Part shown: positions 9,069-18,490 of the stretch, piece after piece
Layout: the number at the start of each line of letters is the position of its first letter
How positions within the stretch are numbered: position 1 is the first letter of the stretch
Virus record (IMG/VR): IMGVR_UViG_3300032285_003860
From: a virus
Strand: one strand, 5' to 3'
DNA length: 64,000 nt
Notes under the pieces: model-generated
What the model was told of the DNA's origin: nothing
Seen by the model: the letters and a program-made list of their open reading frames with translations, nothing else
Database searches by the model: none
Program-made: the position numbers and the translations under genes

Positions 9069-9953
9069 ATGGAAAAAGTAAAATATCTTTATGAATCAAC
9101 CGTCCAAAAGACTATTGAAGAAAAAGTGACCGAAAAAAGACAGGAAAATGGTCAAGAAATTGAAGTTTCAAAAACCGTTAAAACCAAAAAGCCCTTTAAA
9201 ATTGCGGTACTAAAGCCTGATAGAAAAAAGTTTAAAGAGGCAGAAATTTTCTACGCCAAAACACTTTCTCATTATTTGAAAGAGGGTCTTCTTCCATATT
9301 CTCTTGTTTCAAAAAGATACATGAATGATGGTGGGCCATTGAGTGACGACGAAAAGAAGTTTATTAATACTCTCAGAGAAAAGTATACAGAAATTCAAGA
9401 AGAATATTTTTCTATGCCTTCGGAATTAACTGAGGCCCATAACAAAAGACGCGCAGAAATTCTTTTAGAAATGACTGACATCAACAAGATTCTTAATGAA
9501 ATTCAAAATAATTATGCTGAATTATTTGACAATACTGCCGAATCCAAGAGTAAAAATGATACTATTGAATGGTGGATTTTGAACTTGAGTTATGCTGATG
9601 AAGATGGAAATGGTCTCAAGCCTTTTTATGGCGAAGAAGATTTCCAATCTAAAATGAAAAAGTTGGAAGCTCATGAAGCTAAAGATGACCCTTTTATTAA
9701 CGAAGTAATAAAAAAGCTTTCTTATTTTATTAGCTTCTGGTATGCCAGCAAATCACAAATCAAAGACGAAGATTTTAAATCTGCGGAAGAACATTATAAC
9801 CAAAATGTTACAACTTATCTTCAAGACGAAGATATTGCTGCCGCCACAGAAACAAAACCGGCAGAATCTGTTGCTCCCCCCACGCCAATTGTTGAATCAG
9901 TTGCTGTTGCCGCCGTTGAAACTCCTATTGAAGTTGCCTCAACGCAATCCTGA
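9069..9953 (+). CDS. putative tail assembly chaperone
   Basis: Acidic, helical 294 aa between tail tube and tape measure; A/V/E/P/T-rich C-terminal tail. Confidence 0.55.
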   Translation: MEKVKYLYESTVQKTIEEKVTEKRQENGQEIEVSKTVKTKKPFKIAVLKPDRKKFKEAEIFYAKTLSHYLKEGLLPYSLVSKRYMNDGGPLSDDEKKFINTLREKYTEIQEEYFSMPSELTEAHNKRRAEILLEMTDINKILNEIQNNYAELFDNTAESKSKNDTIEWWILNLSYADEDGNGLKPFYGEEDFQSKMKKLEAHEAKDDPFINEVIKKLSYFISFWYASKSQIKDEDFKSAEEHYNQNVTTYLQDEDIAAATETKPAESVAPPTPIVESVAVAAVETPIEVASTQS

Positions 9954-9959
9954 TAAAAT

Positions 9960-10823
9960 GTGGAATCGTTTAGAGAATATAAAGTTTCAGAAATAGATGA
10001 ATTAAAACTCATCTATTATGAAATTATTCACGGCAGTAGTTTTGAACCAGACATTAATCTATATATAAAACATTTTTCAGAATTAGAATCATTTCTTATT
10101 TTAAAAAAAAGAACAGAACTGTTTCATTTCTATTCTAAAGAAGGCGTACCGCATGAATTAGAATTGCTCAAAAATGCCATAGCTACAGAAGAATGGTCAG
10201 AAGAAAAAGAAAACAAAATTCTTGAATTTAAATATTTAATTTCTGACAACGAAAAAAATATTCATAATATTATACCTGAGCAACGTGCTCCCATTCAAAA
10301 AATCATTGATAATACAAAAGTACAGCTTAATGAAATGCTTTTTGATAGAAAAGGCATATTGGGCAGAAGCATAGAAGATCTTATTGATGATGATATAGAA
10401 GATTACTTATCCTATCTTTCTTTTTTTAAAGACGAACCCTGTACAATTCCATATTTATCAGATTATGAAGAATTTCAAAAACTTGAAATGTCTGAAATTA
10501 ATAAATTTAATATTAGTCTGGGAAAGACATATAAGAAATTTTCTGAAGAAAACATTAAAAAAATAGCCTGCTTACCTTTCTTTTTAAACAAATTTTCCTA
10601 TTCAAAAGAAAGAATTGATGGATTTTTAGGTAAACCAATCAATTCATTGACCAACAACCAAACCTCTTTATTTTCACTAGGGGTAAGAAATTTAAACGTT
10701 TTATCCCATGCAAAGGGTAGTCCTCCCGATGTATCTCTTGAAGCCAAACCCTTGGATGTTTTAAAATGGTATGATATACAGCATTCCATTATGATTGCCA
10801 AGCAAAATCAATCTGATTCTTAA
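9960..10823 (+). CDS. putative second tail assembly chaperone
   Basis: 287-aa acidic helical ORF, GTG start, immediately before the tape measure. Confidence 0.5.
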   Translation: MESFREYKVSEIDELKLIYYEIIHGSSFEPDINLYIKHFSELESFLILKKRTELFHFYSKEGVPHELELLKNAIATEEWSEEKENKILEFKYLISDNEKNIHNIIPEQRAPIQKIIDNTKVQLNEMLFDRKGILGRSIEDLIDDDIEDYLSYLSFFKDEPCTIPYLSDYEEFQKLEMSEINKFNISLGKTYKKFSEENIKKIACLPFFLNKFSYSKERIDGFLGKPINSLTNNQTSLFSLGVRNLNVLSHAKGSPPDVSLEAKPLDVLKWYDIQHSIMIAKQNQSDS

Positions 10824-10842
10824 TTGTTTAATCTAAAAAATA

Positions 10843-10848
10843 GTGTAA
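10843..10848 (+). promoter_or_regulatory. GTGTAA putative late promoter motif
   Basis: In the intergenic region upstream of the tape measure, within an AATAGT..ACTATT inverted repeat. Confidence 0.55.
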
Positions 10849-10879
10849 TTACTATTGTTAATTAACAAAGAATAAGATT

Positions 10880-13800
10880 ATGGAAGATAATTTAGGCCAG
10901 GTAAAGGTATTAATAACTCCAGTAATTGATCAATCAAGACTTGATTCTGGGATAACGGATGCTGCTGAAAAAATGGCAGCACGTTTTGACAAAGCCTTTA
11001 CTGGTAGAGGTCAACCACTTGGAAGAATAACTGGCAAAGTTACAGAGTTTGAAAAATCAATGGAAGCGGCAAATGCCCGCGTTATTGCTTTCGGCGCTTC
11101 TGCTGGTGGTATTTATCTTGTTAAATCTGCGTTTGATAAATTAGTATCTTCAACAATTGATGTAGAAAAAAATCTCACAAATATTAATATGATTTTGGGC
11201 TTGGGAAGTTCCAGCCTAAAAACTTTTTCCGCAGAAATGTTCAAAGCTGCCTCTGCTTCTGGACAAACATTTGAGACTGCTAGTAAAGTTGCCCTTGAAT
11301 TTGCTCGTCACGGTGTAAGCGCGGTAGAAACCTCAAAAAGAATGAGTTCTGCAATGCAGTTAATGAGAATTTCTGGTTTGGATGCAGGAGAATCCGTTGA
11401 TGTATTAACTGCTTCAATTAACTCTTTTAATAAAGAAGCCTTGACATCTGCTGATGTTGTAAACAGACTCACTGCTGTTGATACAAAATTTGCCGTTAGC
11501 GCCCAAGATTTAGCAAAGGCAATTGAACGCGTAGGTTCAACTGCTGCTGAAGCTGGGATACAATTTAATCAATTATTAGGCTTTGTTACTGCTGCTCAGA
11601 CGCAAACTTCTCGTGGTGGCGCAGTTATTGGTAACGCTTTTAAATCAATCTTTACAAGACTAGCTCGTCCAGAAGTGCTCTCTGATTTGCAAGCCGTAGG
11701 CGTAACAACAAAAGATGCTGCTGGGCAAATTTTGCCAATGGTCCAAATCATGAAAAATTTGGCTTCCCAATATAGTCATCTTGGTGCAGCTCAAAAATCA
11801 TTCATATCTGAAACTGTTGGCGGTGTTTATCAAGTCAACATTCTCAAGGCATCTTTAGCAGATTTAGGAAATGGAATTACTATTTTTGATAAAGTTGCCG
11901 CCACTGCCGCAAATTCTGCAGGGGTTGTTGATAAAAGAATGGCTCAATTAAATGAGACAATTTCTTCTAAATTAAATGTTTCTGCAAATCAATTAACTGA
12001 ATTATTTTCTAACTTGGGTAATGTTTCTTTCGGTGGAAACATGAAAAAGGGTCTTGATAGCGTAAATAGTCAATTGGACTTTGTAAAACGTCAATTGGCC
12101 GATTTTTCAGAAGATGATACTTTTGGACAATCATTTGGTAAAACAATTGGCAGAGGATTGGCTGATGCATTTGGTAATATTTTATCTGGACCAGGGCTTC
12201 AAATTGGAGCGATGTTGTTGACTAAAGTCGTTGTAGGTCTTGGTAAGTTTGCAATTGACGCAGGTAAAAATATGATGGGCATGACTGATGCCTTAAAAGC
12301 GCAGCAGGGACTTTTATCTAGCGTGGGTAATTTTTTACAAAATCATAAAACTTTATTAGCAGAGCTTGAGTCTGGTCAAATAAGCATAAATGAAGTGACT
12401 GAACTTTATTTAGCAGACCTCGGAAAAGAAGAAGCGCATTTCGCTGCAATGGCCAGATACCAAAGAGAAATTGCTAGTTTGGCTCGACCATCTTTAAGCG
12501 CAGAAGCATTTGCGGAGTCCAAAACAAAAGGTGCTTCAGCAGGATATATTCCCGCTTTCGCACAAGAAGAAAGAGATGCCAGATCAAAAGGGGCATCTCC
12601 CAGCGTTAGAGCAATGTTTGGTCCAAATATCCCTGGGATTGGTCCAACAATTATTAATAGTGAAGAAGTTGTAAAACAAAATTATGGTGGATCTGGACAG
12701 CCAGCAATACTTCGTACTTATGGACCCCCTGGACCAACAAAACTTTCAGGAGGACTTGTTCCAAATTTAGCAAATATTTTAGGAACAATATCTGTTGAAG
12801 GAATAAGATACCAAAAGCCTGATAAAAAATCATTTCAAGATTTTGATTACCCATTTATAGATTTATTGTCAATGATTCAAGGGCAATATGGCAGACAAAT
12901 TCTCCCAATTTCTGCCAAATCTGGAATAGAAGCTGTATCAAAAGTTGGTCATCCAGGAAATTGGAATATAAGAGGATTTAACAAGCCTGGAGCAATTGCA
13001 AATTATCTTCAAGAATTATCTCGCCCAGAAATGTTTGTACAAGAAAGTTCTGAGCGTTTAAGGCATATAAGATCAAGTAAAGAAGTTTTTAAAAATCGTT
13101 TTATAAATCAAATTGGTGCGTATAATACTCAAGGTTTTGAAAATTTAGAATTTTTAAATCCAGTTGTATTTGGGGCAAAAGAGAAGGGCCAGGAAATATA
13201 TCATCAGATGCAAAAACAACCATTGTTATCTTCTGCTGAAGAATTTCCCGCAATAAAATCGGCAAGAAATTTTCCTTGGTATAGAGGAGGAAAATCTTTT
13301 TCTCCTACAACTATGGTTGAAAACGAAAATATTATTCGCGGTCCAAAAACATATGGCGCATGGTACGAAGATTATATTCAAAAATTTTTAAAAGCTCATC
13401 CAGATATTCTTTCGTTAATTGGTCCAGGAATGACTACAGAAAGCCAGGCTCAATTAAATCAATTATTAAGAAATTTTTCTAAAGATTACGAAGGAGAAGA
13501 GAGATTTTTTGAAGAAAAGTATATAAAGAAATCTGGTGGACACATTCCAAACTTTGGAAAAATAATTAGCAAAGGTGGTTCTGATCTTGATCTTTCTGAA
13601 GATGGAACATTAAAAATACATTATCTCGCTTCATCTATTTCTAACAACGTTTTTCCCGAACTTCTTGAAGCATTAAATTCTGGAGAAATAACAAAAATAG
13701 ATGGAGGAACAATTGTCGGCCCCAAAGTTCCAAATTTAATTCATCATTTATCAAAGCTTTTACCAAAGTTAAGAAAAATAAATCCAAAAATACCCAGTTC

Positions 13801-16800
13801 TATTCCAATAACTGGTTATTTTACTCCTAACGATTTATATCGTAATGCTTTCAGAAATAGGGGCGAAATGGTAACGCGCAATGTTTTGGATTCAGAACAT
13901 CAAAAAAAATTAAAGGAGCTTGCTTCTAGTCAAGGATTAAGAATTGTAAAAACCGGTAGTTATACTCGTTTTGTTAAAAAAGAAGACAAAAATGATTTCA
14001 ACACTGCTTATGAAGTTAAAGTTCCTGGAGAAAGATCTCCAAGATATGGTCTTTTTACAGAAGAAGATATACAAGGAATATTCCCTCAAGCAACATTTAC
14101 TCCAAAAACGCAAAGAGATCTATTTTCTAGTAATACAACCGCCAGAAAAGATCTTACGCAATTAAGAGCTGCTGTCAAAGCGATGGCTGGCGCAAACAGA
14201 CAAAATGTAGAAGATAGATTTGGTAGAGAATATATTGAATTATCAAAAGTTTATCCTCGCGGATTGGCTTCGGGATATAATCCTATTGCCGATGCATTTA
14301 GCAGAGAGAATTCTCCAACTGCAAAGCTTGGTTTTTCTTCAAGAGTTAAAAGTTCTGGAAATCCTGGTGGAGCATTAGTTTATGATTCTTCTTATCAAAA
14401 TGGTCCAGAAGATGCAATCAGACAACATCTTATGTCTGGAAGACCAGACGTAGTAAATGCTGGTACGCCTAATGAAAAAATTCCAAACTTTGCAATGGAT
14501 ATGTCTGCTATTTCAAGCATTGCTCTTGGCGCAATGCAAGGCACAGGACTATCAGACTGGACATCTAAAAAGATGCCTGAAATTTCTTATGGCTTTGATA
14601 AAATGCAACATGCAGTTGGTACTGCCACCGAAAAATTGTTGTTGATGCAAAAACAGTTGGAAGCAGGTCAAAATGTAAAATATGGTGGTCAATCATATGC
14701 ACCAGATCAATCAATAGAATTAACAAATGCATTTAAAAAAGCTTTTGATGAAAAATTTAAAGGCAAAGGTTTTCAATTTGGTACATCTCAAGAAGAATTA
14801 AAATCTCAGCAAGCGGCCTATATTCCTTATATTCAAAAAATACAAGAAAAAGAACAAGGAATTCGTTCTCGTGGATTTGCTGCAAGCATGATTGCCCCCG
14901 CAGTTGGGGGAATTGTTTCTCAGGGGCTTCAAGCTGGTGGGTATCTCAATGCTTCAAAAGCTGTGTCAGCATTAACAGATAGCGCCACAATGGCTGCTCA
15001 ATTCATGATAGCTTTTCCAAACAGAGTTGGAACAGCACTTTCTGGTGCAGTAATGGCTTCTGGTGTTTCTAATGCTCTTAATGAAATGGTTTATAAAACC
15101 GGCACTTTAGAAAGAGCATTTGATTTAACAAGTACAAGATTAGAAAAAACTGCTTCAGCAGTAAATACAATCAATCAAAGTTATGATGCACTTGATTCTG
15201 CATTAAAATCTGGATCAATAAGTACTAGTCAGTTAGTTGCACTTCAAAGAAATTTAGCAAAATCTTATTCAGAATTGGGTGCAGTAAAAGGTGGCGGAGC
15301 AATTGTCGCCGCAATGAAAGGTGCTGGCACAGCCGAAGCAAGAGCAACGGCTGGGGCAGAAGCAGTCGATGCATTACAAAATGAAAGAAATAAAAGTTCA
15401 TTTCAATTAGCTTTTGCAAAACAACAACAAGCTCGTTCTGAATTTGGAATTAATTTTGGAAAAGGAGCGCAAGGAAATCTTACTCCAAGAAATAGACAAG
15501 AACAAATTGAAAATATAGAATTAATGCGTAGTGCTGCATCAAATATTCAAGGTGAATTTATTACTGCCCAAAGTAAAAAGGGTGGAAACGCAGAATTGGT
15601 ACAAAGAATGGCTACAGGAGTAATTTCTAGGTCAGATGTTGAAACAATTAAAAAAGGGGCAAAAGAAACAGAATCCTATAAAGACTTAGAAAAGGCTGAC
15701 CCAAAAGCTGCGGCTGCTGTAATCGAAGAATTAAATAGACAACTTCAAGAGGTTGCTATACCTGATGACCAAATTTCAGCATATAAAGAAAGTCTTGCAA
15801 AATTAAAAAGTCTTCAAATTCAAGAAGTTTATTTGCGCCAAAACTATAATCAGTCTCTGCAAAATAAATTGCAAAGCGGTTCAATTGCTTCTGCGATGGC
15901 CAATACCAAAAATATATATGGTATTCAAAGCAAGGGAATACAAGAGGGTTACGAGTATTCTAAAAAAGAAAAAGGATTGGGATTAGAAGCTCTATACACT
16001 GGTGAGCAGTCAATGATTTTAAAGAGGGGAAAAGAAGAACAAGCTCATATCGCAGAACAAACTAGTCTCAAAGCTCAGGCTGTTAAAGCTCAAGGTGGAG
16101 CAGAAATTGGTTCTTTAATTAGCGGAGAGATTGGAAAATTCATTTCTTCATCTTTGGGAACGGCGGAAGCTTCTGGAAAAACTGGTACGGTGCAGCCAAG
16201 TGAAGCATTGAGTAAAGCAACAGAATATCTTGGCGCCAGACAAAAAGAATTTTCTGGAGCAGGAGGGGCAGAAAAGTTGTTTGAATTACAACAAAAAGCT
16301 ACATCACCAGATGAATTTGCTAAAAGTTATCTTGGAGAATTTAAAGACTTTCAAGCTGGTACTGGGGGAAAAGGTACAGAAGCAGATTACAAAACTTTAC
16401 TCAGTCAAATTTCAACAATGTCGGCGGGAGATATAAATGAAAAAATGCTCAAAACTCTCCTTGATATTCAAAAAGTTGATGAAGAAGGTAACGCACAGCA
16501 AAAAGAAAGCTCTGATCAAATGATTGCTGCCATTGCCGCTTCTAAGTTTAAAGAAGCTGCTGGCCAATTAGGAGGAACAGGAATTTTAGATAGAAATACC
16601 TTTCGTCAACAACGCAGAGAAATAAGAAGAGCAGAATCTAAATTGCGCTCAAGAGATGCCGGAGTAAGAGGCGAAGGGGCAGCAAGATTATTGGCTGCAA
16701 TTCCAGAAAGTCAAAGAGATTATAATGACCCATATATTAAAAAATTATATGATGCTGCCTCTGGAGGCATAGCAAGTAGACAAGCTCGTACATTACAAGG

Positions 16801-18472
16801 AACTGGCATTGGAAAATATATGGTCTCTGGCGCCGAAGCTGGTCAAGCTGCAATTTTTGAAAGATTTAAAGGCACAAATCTTCCTATTCCAAAATCAGTC
16901 AAAGAGGGATTAGAGCAGATGAAAAAAGGCCAAGGCGTAAATCCAGAATTCGACGCCGCTTTAAAAAAATCCGCAAAATCTCTTAAACTCTCTACAGATG
17001 CTGTTGATGCTTTTGCGACTAAAATTAATTCTTTTAATTCTGCCATTGATATTGGTCAAAAAACAGGAGCTATTGCGCAAAACAAAGCCGAACAAGATCA
17101 AGTTAAAGCAGAAATGGAAAAACAAAAGGGTGAGTTACCTGCTGGCACAGCAAAGTCTAGCGAAGCAATTCTTCCCATAACAGATAGTCTTATTACAAGA
17201 TATGGTCAAGATACCGTTCGTCTTTTGACTGATATTTTGGGGGCAATGATTGCTTTGCGCATACTTGGCGGCAAAGGAGCAATTAGTGAAGTTGGTGCAG
17301 GAATTGCTGCTGGTGGTAGAAAAGTAATGGGCGGTATAAAAAGTATTGGTAGAGCTTTTGGTATTGGCGCAGCAGCAGAAGGCTCTGTTGCAGCAGGGGG
17401 CGCTATTGCAACAGAGGCTGTCACAGCGGCAAAGGGGACAATTAAAGTAGATCTCGCCGCTCAACAGGCAAAAGCCTTGGAAAAACAAATGGCTTATATC
17501 CCAGAATCTTTTGGAGGTCCAAAAGCTCCAGGTCCATCTTTCGGGGAAGTTTTGCCAGGAGAATTAACTCATCTTGAACCAACTTCACAACTTAAACCAC
17601 AATTTAAACCTGGTGTTCCCGTAACTGATGCAGAAATAAATTCTGCTTTAAATGCAGGAAGAGAATCTGGAAGACAAGCGGCGAGCACAAGTAGAGCCAT
17701 TGCCGCCACGGAACAGGCAGCAAAGACTGCCAGCGAAGCTTCTAAAGCTGGTAAAGTATTGGGTATGGGAGCAAAAGTTGGAAAATTTGTAGGGGGTAGT
17801 CCACTTTTAGGAGATTTAGTAGACGTTGCTTCTATTGGTGCAGGAGCCATCTCTGGAGGAGGAAATATATCCGAAACAATGGGCGACATGATGTTAGAAT
17901 CTGCAAAAGAAAGAGTTAATAAACCTGGTGGACATATGGGCGGTGACTTTTTGGCTGGTATGACCGTAAGAGGAATGACCAGTTCTTTCTTAGCTAAAGA
18001 TGTTAGTAAAATGCAAGAAGGCGAAGGTGGCATAAATAGATTAGAAAATGCCATAAAAATGAAAGAATTGATAAAATCTCAAGGTGGCAACATTAAAAAC
18101 GCTGAATTATTTAGCCCAGATTTTAGAAAAAATTTATTAAATCCAGAATGGCAGCAGTCTCATGGTCTTGCCCCTCATTTGGATAAATCTGGTGGCATTG
18201 TTGCTCCAACTGGCGCAGCAATTCCAACTGGAGACGCTGCTGCCAAAGCCACAGGACAAAAACCAGAGTCAGAGGCTTCTAAAACAGAGAAAAAGCCAGC
18301 AGAACCACAAAAGGTTGATGTTAAAATGAGTGCGGAGCCATTGCATGTAAATGTTACTGTTACCGATGAAAATGGTAAAAAGATACAAGAAATGCAGCAA
18401 CAAATTGTTCAGTTCAAGCAAAAACTAGAAGAAGTAACTGGAAATAAAACTCCAGCGGCTATAACTAAATAA
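10880..18472 (+). CDS. tail tape measure protein with internal globular cassettes
   Basis: 2530 aa; TP901-type TMP core (AQDLAKAIERVGSTA...RGGAVIGNAFKSIFTRL); long Ala/Gly/Lys helical regions; follows the chaperone-like genes. Confidence 0.9.
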   Translation: MEDNLGQVKVLITPVIDQSRLDSGITDAAEKMAARFDKAFTGRGQPLGRITGKVTEFEKSMEAANARVIAFGASAGGIYLVKSAFDKLVSSTIDVEKNLTNINMILGLGSSSLKTFSAEMFKAASASGQTFETASKVALEFARHGVSAVETSKRMSSAMQLMRISGLDAGESVDVLTASINSFNKEALTSADVVNRLTAVDTKFAVSAQDLAKAIERVGSTAAEAGIQFNQLLGFVTAAQTQTSRGGAVIGNAFKSIFTRLARPEVLSDLQAVGVTTKDAAGQILPMVQIMKNLASQYSHLGAAQKSFISETVGGVYQVNILKASLADLGNGITIFDKVAATAANSAGVVDKRMAQLNETISSKLNVSANQLTELFSNLGNVSFGGNMKKGLDSVNSQLDFVKRQLADFSEDDTFGQSFGKTIGRGLADAFGNILSGPGLQIGAMLLTKVVVGLGKFAIDAGKNMMGMTDALKAQQGLLSSVGNFLQNHKTLLAELESGQISINEVTELYLADLGKEEAHFAAMARYQREIASLARPSLSAEAFAESKTKGASAGYIPAFAQEERDARSKGASPSVRAMFGPNIPGIGPTIINSEEVVKQNYGGSGQPAILRTYGPPGPTKLSGGLVPNLANILGTISVEGIRYQKPDKKSFQDFDYPFIDLLSMIQGQYGRQILPISAKSGIEAVSKVGHPGNWNIRGFNKPGAIANYLQELSRPEMFVQESSERLRHIRSSKEVFKNRFINQIGAYNTQGFENLEFLNPVVFGAKEKGQEIYHQMQKQPLLSSAEEFPAIKSARNFPWYRGGKSFSPTTMVENENIIRGPKTYGAWYEDYIQKFLKAHPDILSLIGPGMTTESQAQLNQLLRNFSKDYEGEERFFEEKYIKKSGGHIPNFGKIISKGGSDLDLSEDGTLKIHYLASSISNNVFPELLEALNSGEITKIDGGTIVGPKVPNLIHHLSKLLPKLRKINPKIPSSIPITGYFTPNDLYRNAFRNRGEMVTRNVLDSEHQKKLKELASSQGLRIVKTGSYTRFVKKEDKNDFNTAYEVKVPGERSPRYGLFTEEDIQGIFPQATFTPKTQRDLFSSNTTARKDLTQLRAAVKAMAGANRQNVEDRFGREYIELSKVYPRGLASGYNPIADAFSRENSPTAKLGFSSRVKSSGNPGGALVYDSSYQNGPEDAIRQHLMSGRPDVVNAGTPNEKIPNFAMDMSAISSIALGAMQGTGLSDWTSKKMPEISYGFDKMQHAVGTATEKLLLMQKQLEAGQNVKYGGQSYAPDQSIELTNAFKKAFDEKFKGKGFQFGTSQEELKSQQAAYIPYIQKIQEKEQGIRSRGFAASMIAPAVGGIVSQGLQAGGYLNASKAVSALTDSATMAAQFMIAFPNRVGTALSGAVMASGVSNALNEMVYKTGTLERAFDLTSTRLEKTASAVNTINQSYDALDSALKSGSISTSQLVALQRNLAKSYSELGAVKGGGAIVAAMKGAGTAEARATAGAEAVDALQNERNKSSFQLAFAKQQQARSEFGINFGKGAQGNLTPRNRQEQIENIELMRSAASNIQGEFITAQSKKGGNAELVQRMATGVISRSDVETIKKGAKETESYKDLEKADPKAAAAVIEELNRQLQEVAIPDDQISAYKESLAKLKSLQIQEVYLRQNYNQSLQNKLQSGSIASAMANTKNIYGIQSKGIQEGYEYSKKEKGLGLEALYTGEQSMILKRGKEEQAHIAEQTSLKAQAVKAQGGAEIGSLISGEIGKFISSSLGTAEASGKTGTVQPSEALSKATEYLGARQKEFSGAGGAEKLFELQQKATSPDEFAKSYLGEFKDFQAGTGGKGTEADYKTLLSQISTMSAGDINEKMLKTLLDIQKVDEEGNAQQKESSDQMIAAIAASKFKEAAGQLGGTGILDRNTFRQQRREIRRAESKLRSRDAGVRGEGAARLLAAIPESQRDYNDPYIKKLYDAASGGIASRQARTLQGTGIGKYMVSGAEAGQAAIFERFKGTNLPIPKSVKEGLEQMKKGQGVNPEFDAALKKSAKSLKLSTDAVDAFATKINSFNSAIDIGQKTGAIAQNKAEQDQVKAEMEKQKGELPAGTAKSSEAILPITDSLITRYGQDTVRLLTDILGAMIALRILGGKGAISEVGAGIAAGGRKVMGGIKSIGRAFGIGAAAEGSVAAGGAIATEAVTAAKGTIKVDLAAQQAKALEKQMAYIPESFGGPKAPGPSFGEVLPGELTHLEPTSQLKPQFKPGVPVTDAEINSALNAGRESGRQAASTSRAIAATEQAAKTASEASKAGKVLGMGAKVGKFVGGSPLLGDLVDVASIGAGAISGGGNISETMGDMMLESAKERVNKPGGHMGGDFLAGMTVRGMTSSFLAKDVSKMQEGEGGINRLENAIKMKELIKSQGGNIKNAELFSPDFRKNLLNPEWQQSHGLAPHLDKSGGIVAPTGAAIPTGDAAAKATGQKPESEASKTEKKPAEPQKVDVKMSAEPLHVNVTVTDENGKKIQEMQQQIVQFKQKLEEVTGNKTPAAITK

Positions 18473-18490
18473 GTATTATAATATAATTAT

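Noticed and set aside
9742-9996. Programmed frameshift between the two tail chaperone genes (lambda G/GT type)
   Set aside because: 9069-9953 and 9960-10823 are in the same frame and separated by tandem TGA TAA stops; the overlapping 84-aa ORF ends at 9996 and does not join the second gene
17135-18054. Antisense ORFs of 117-161 aa within the tape measure, and other short shadow ORFs in the track
   Set aside because: They lie fully inside long genes on the opposite strand or frame, show no motifs, and are explained by codon bias
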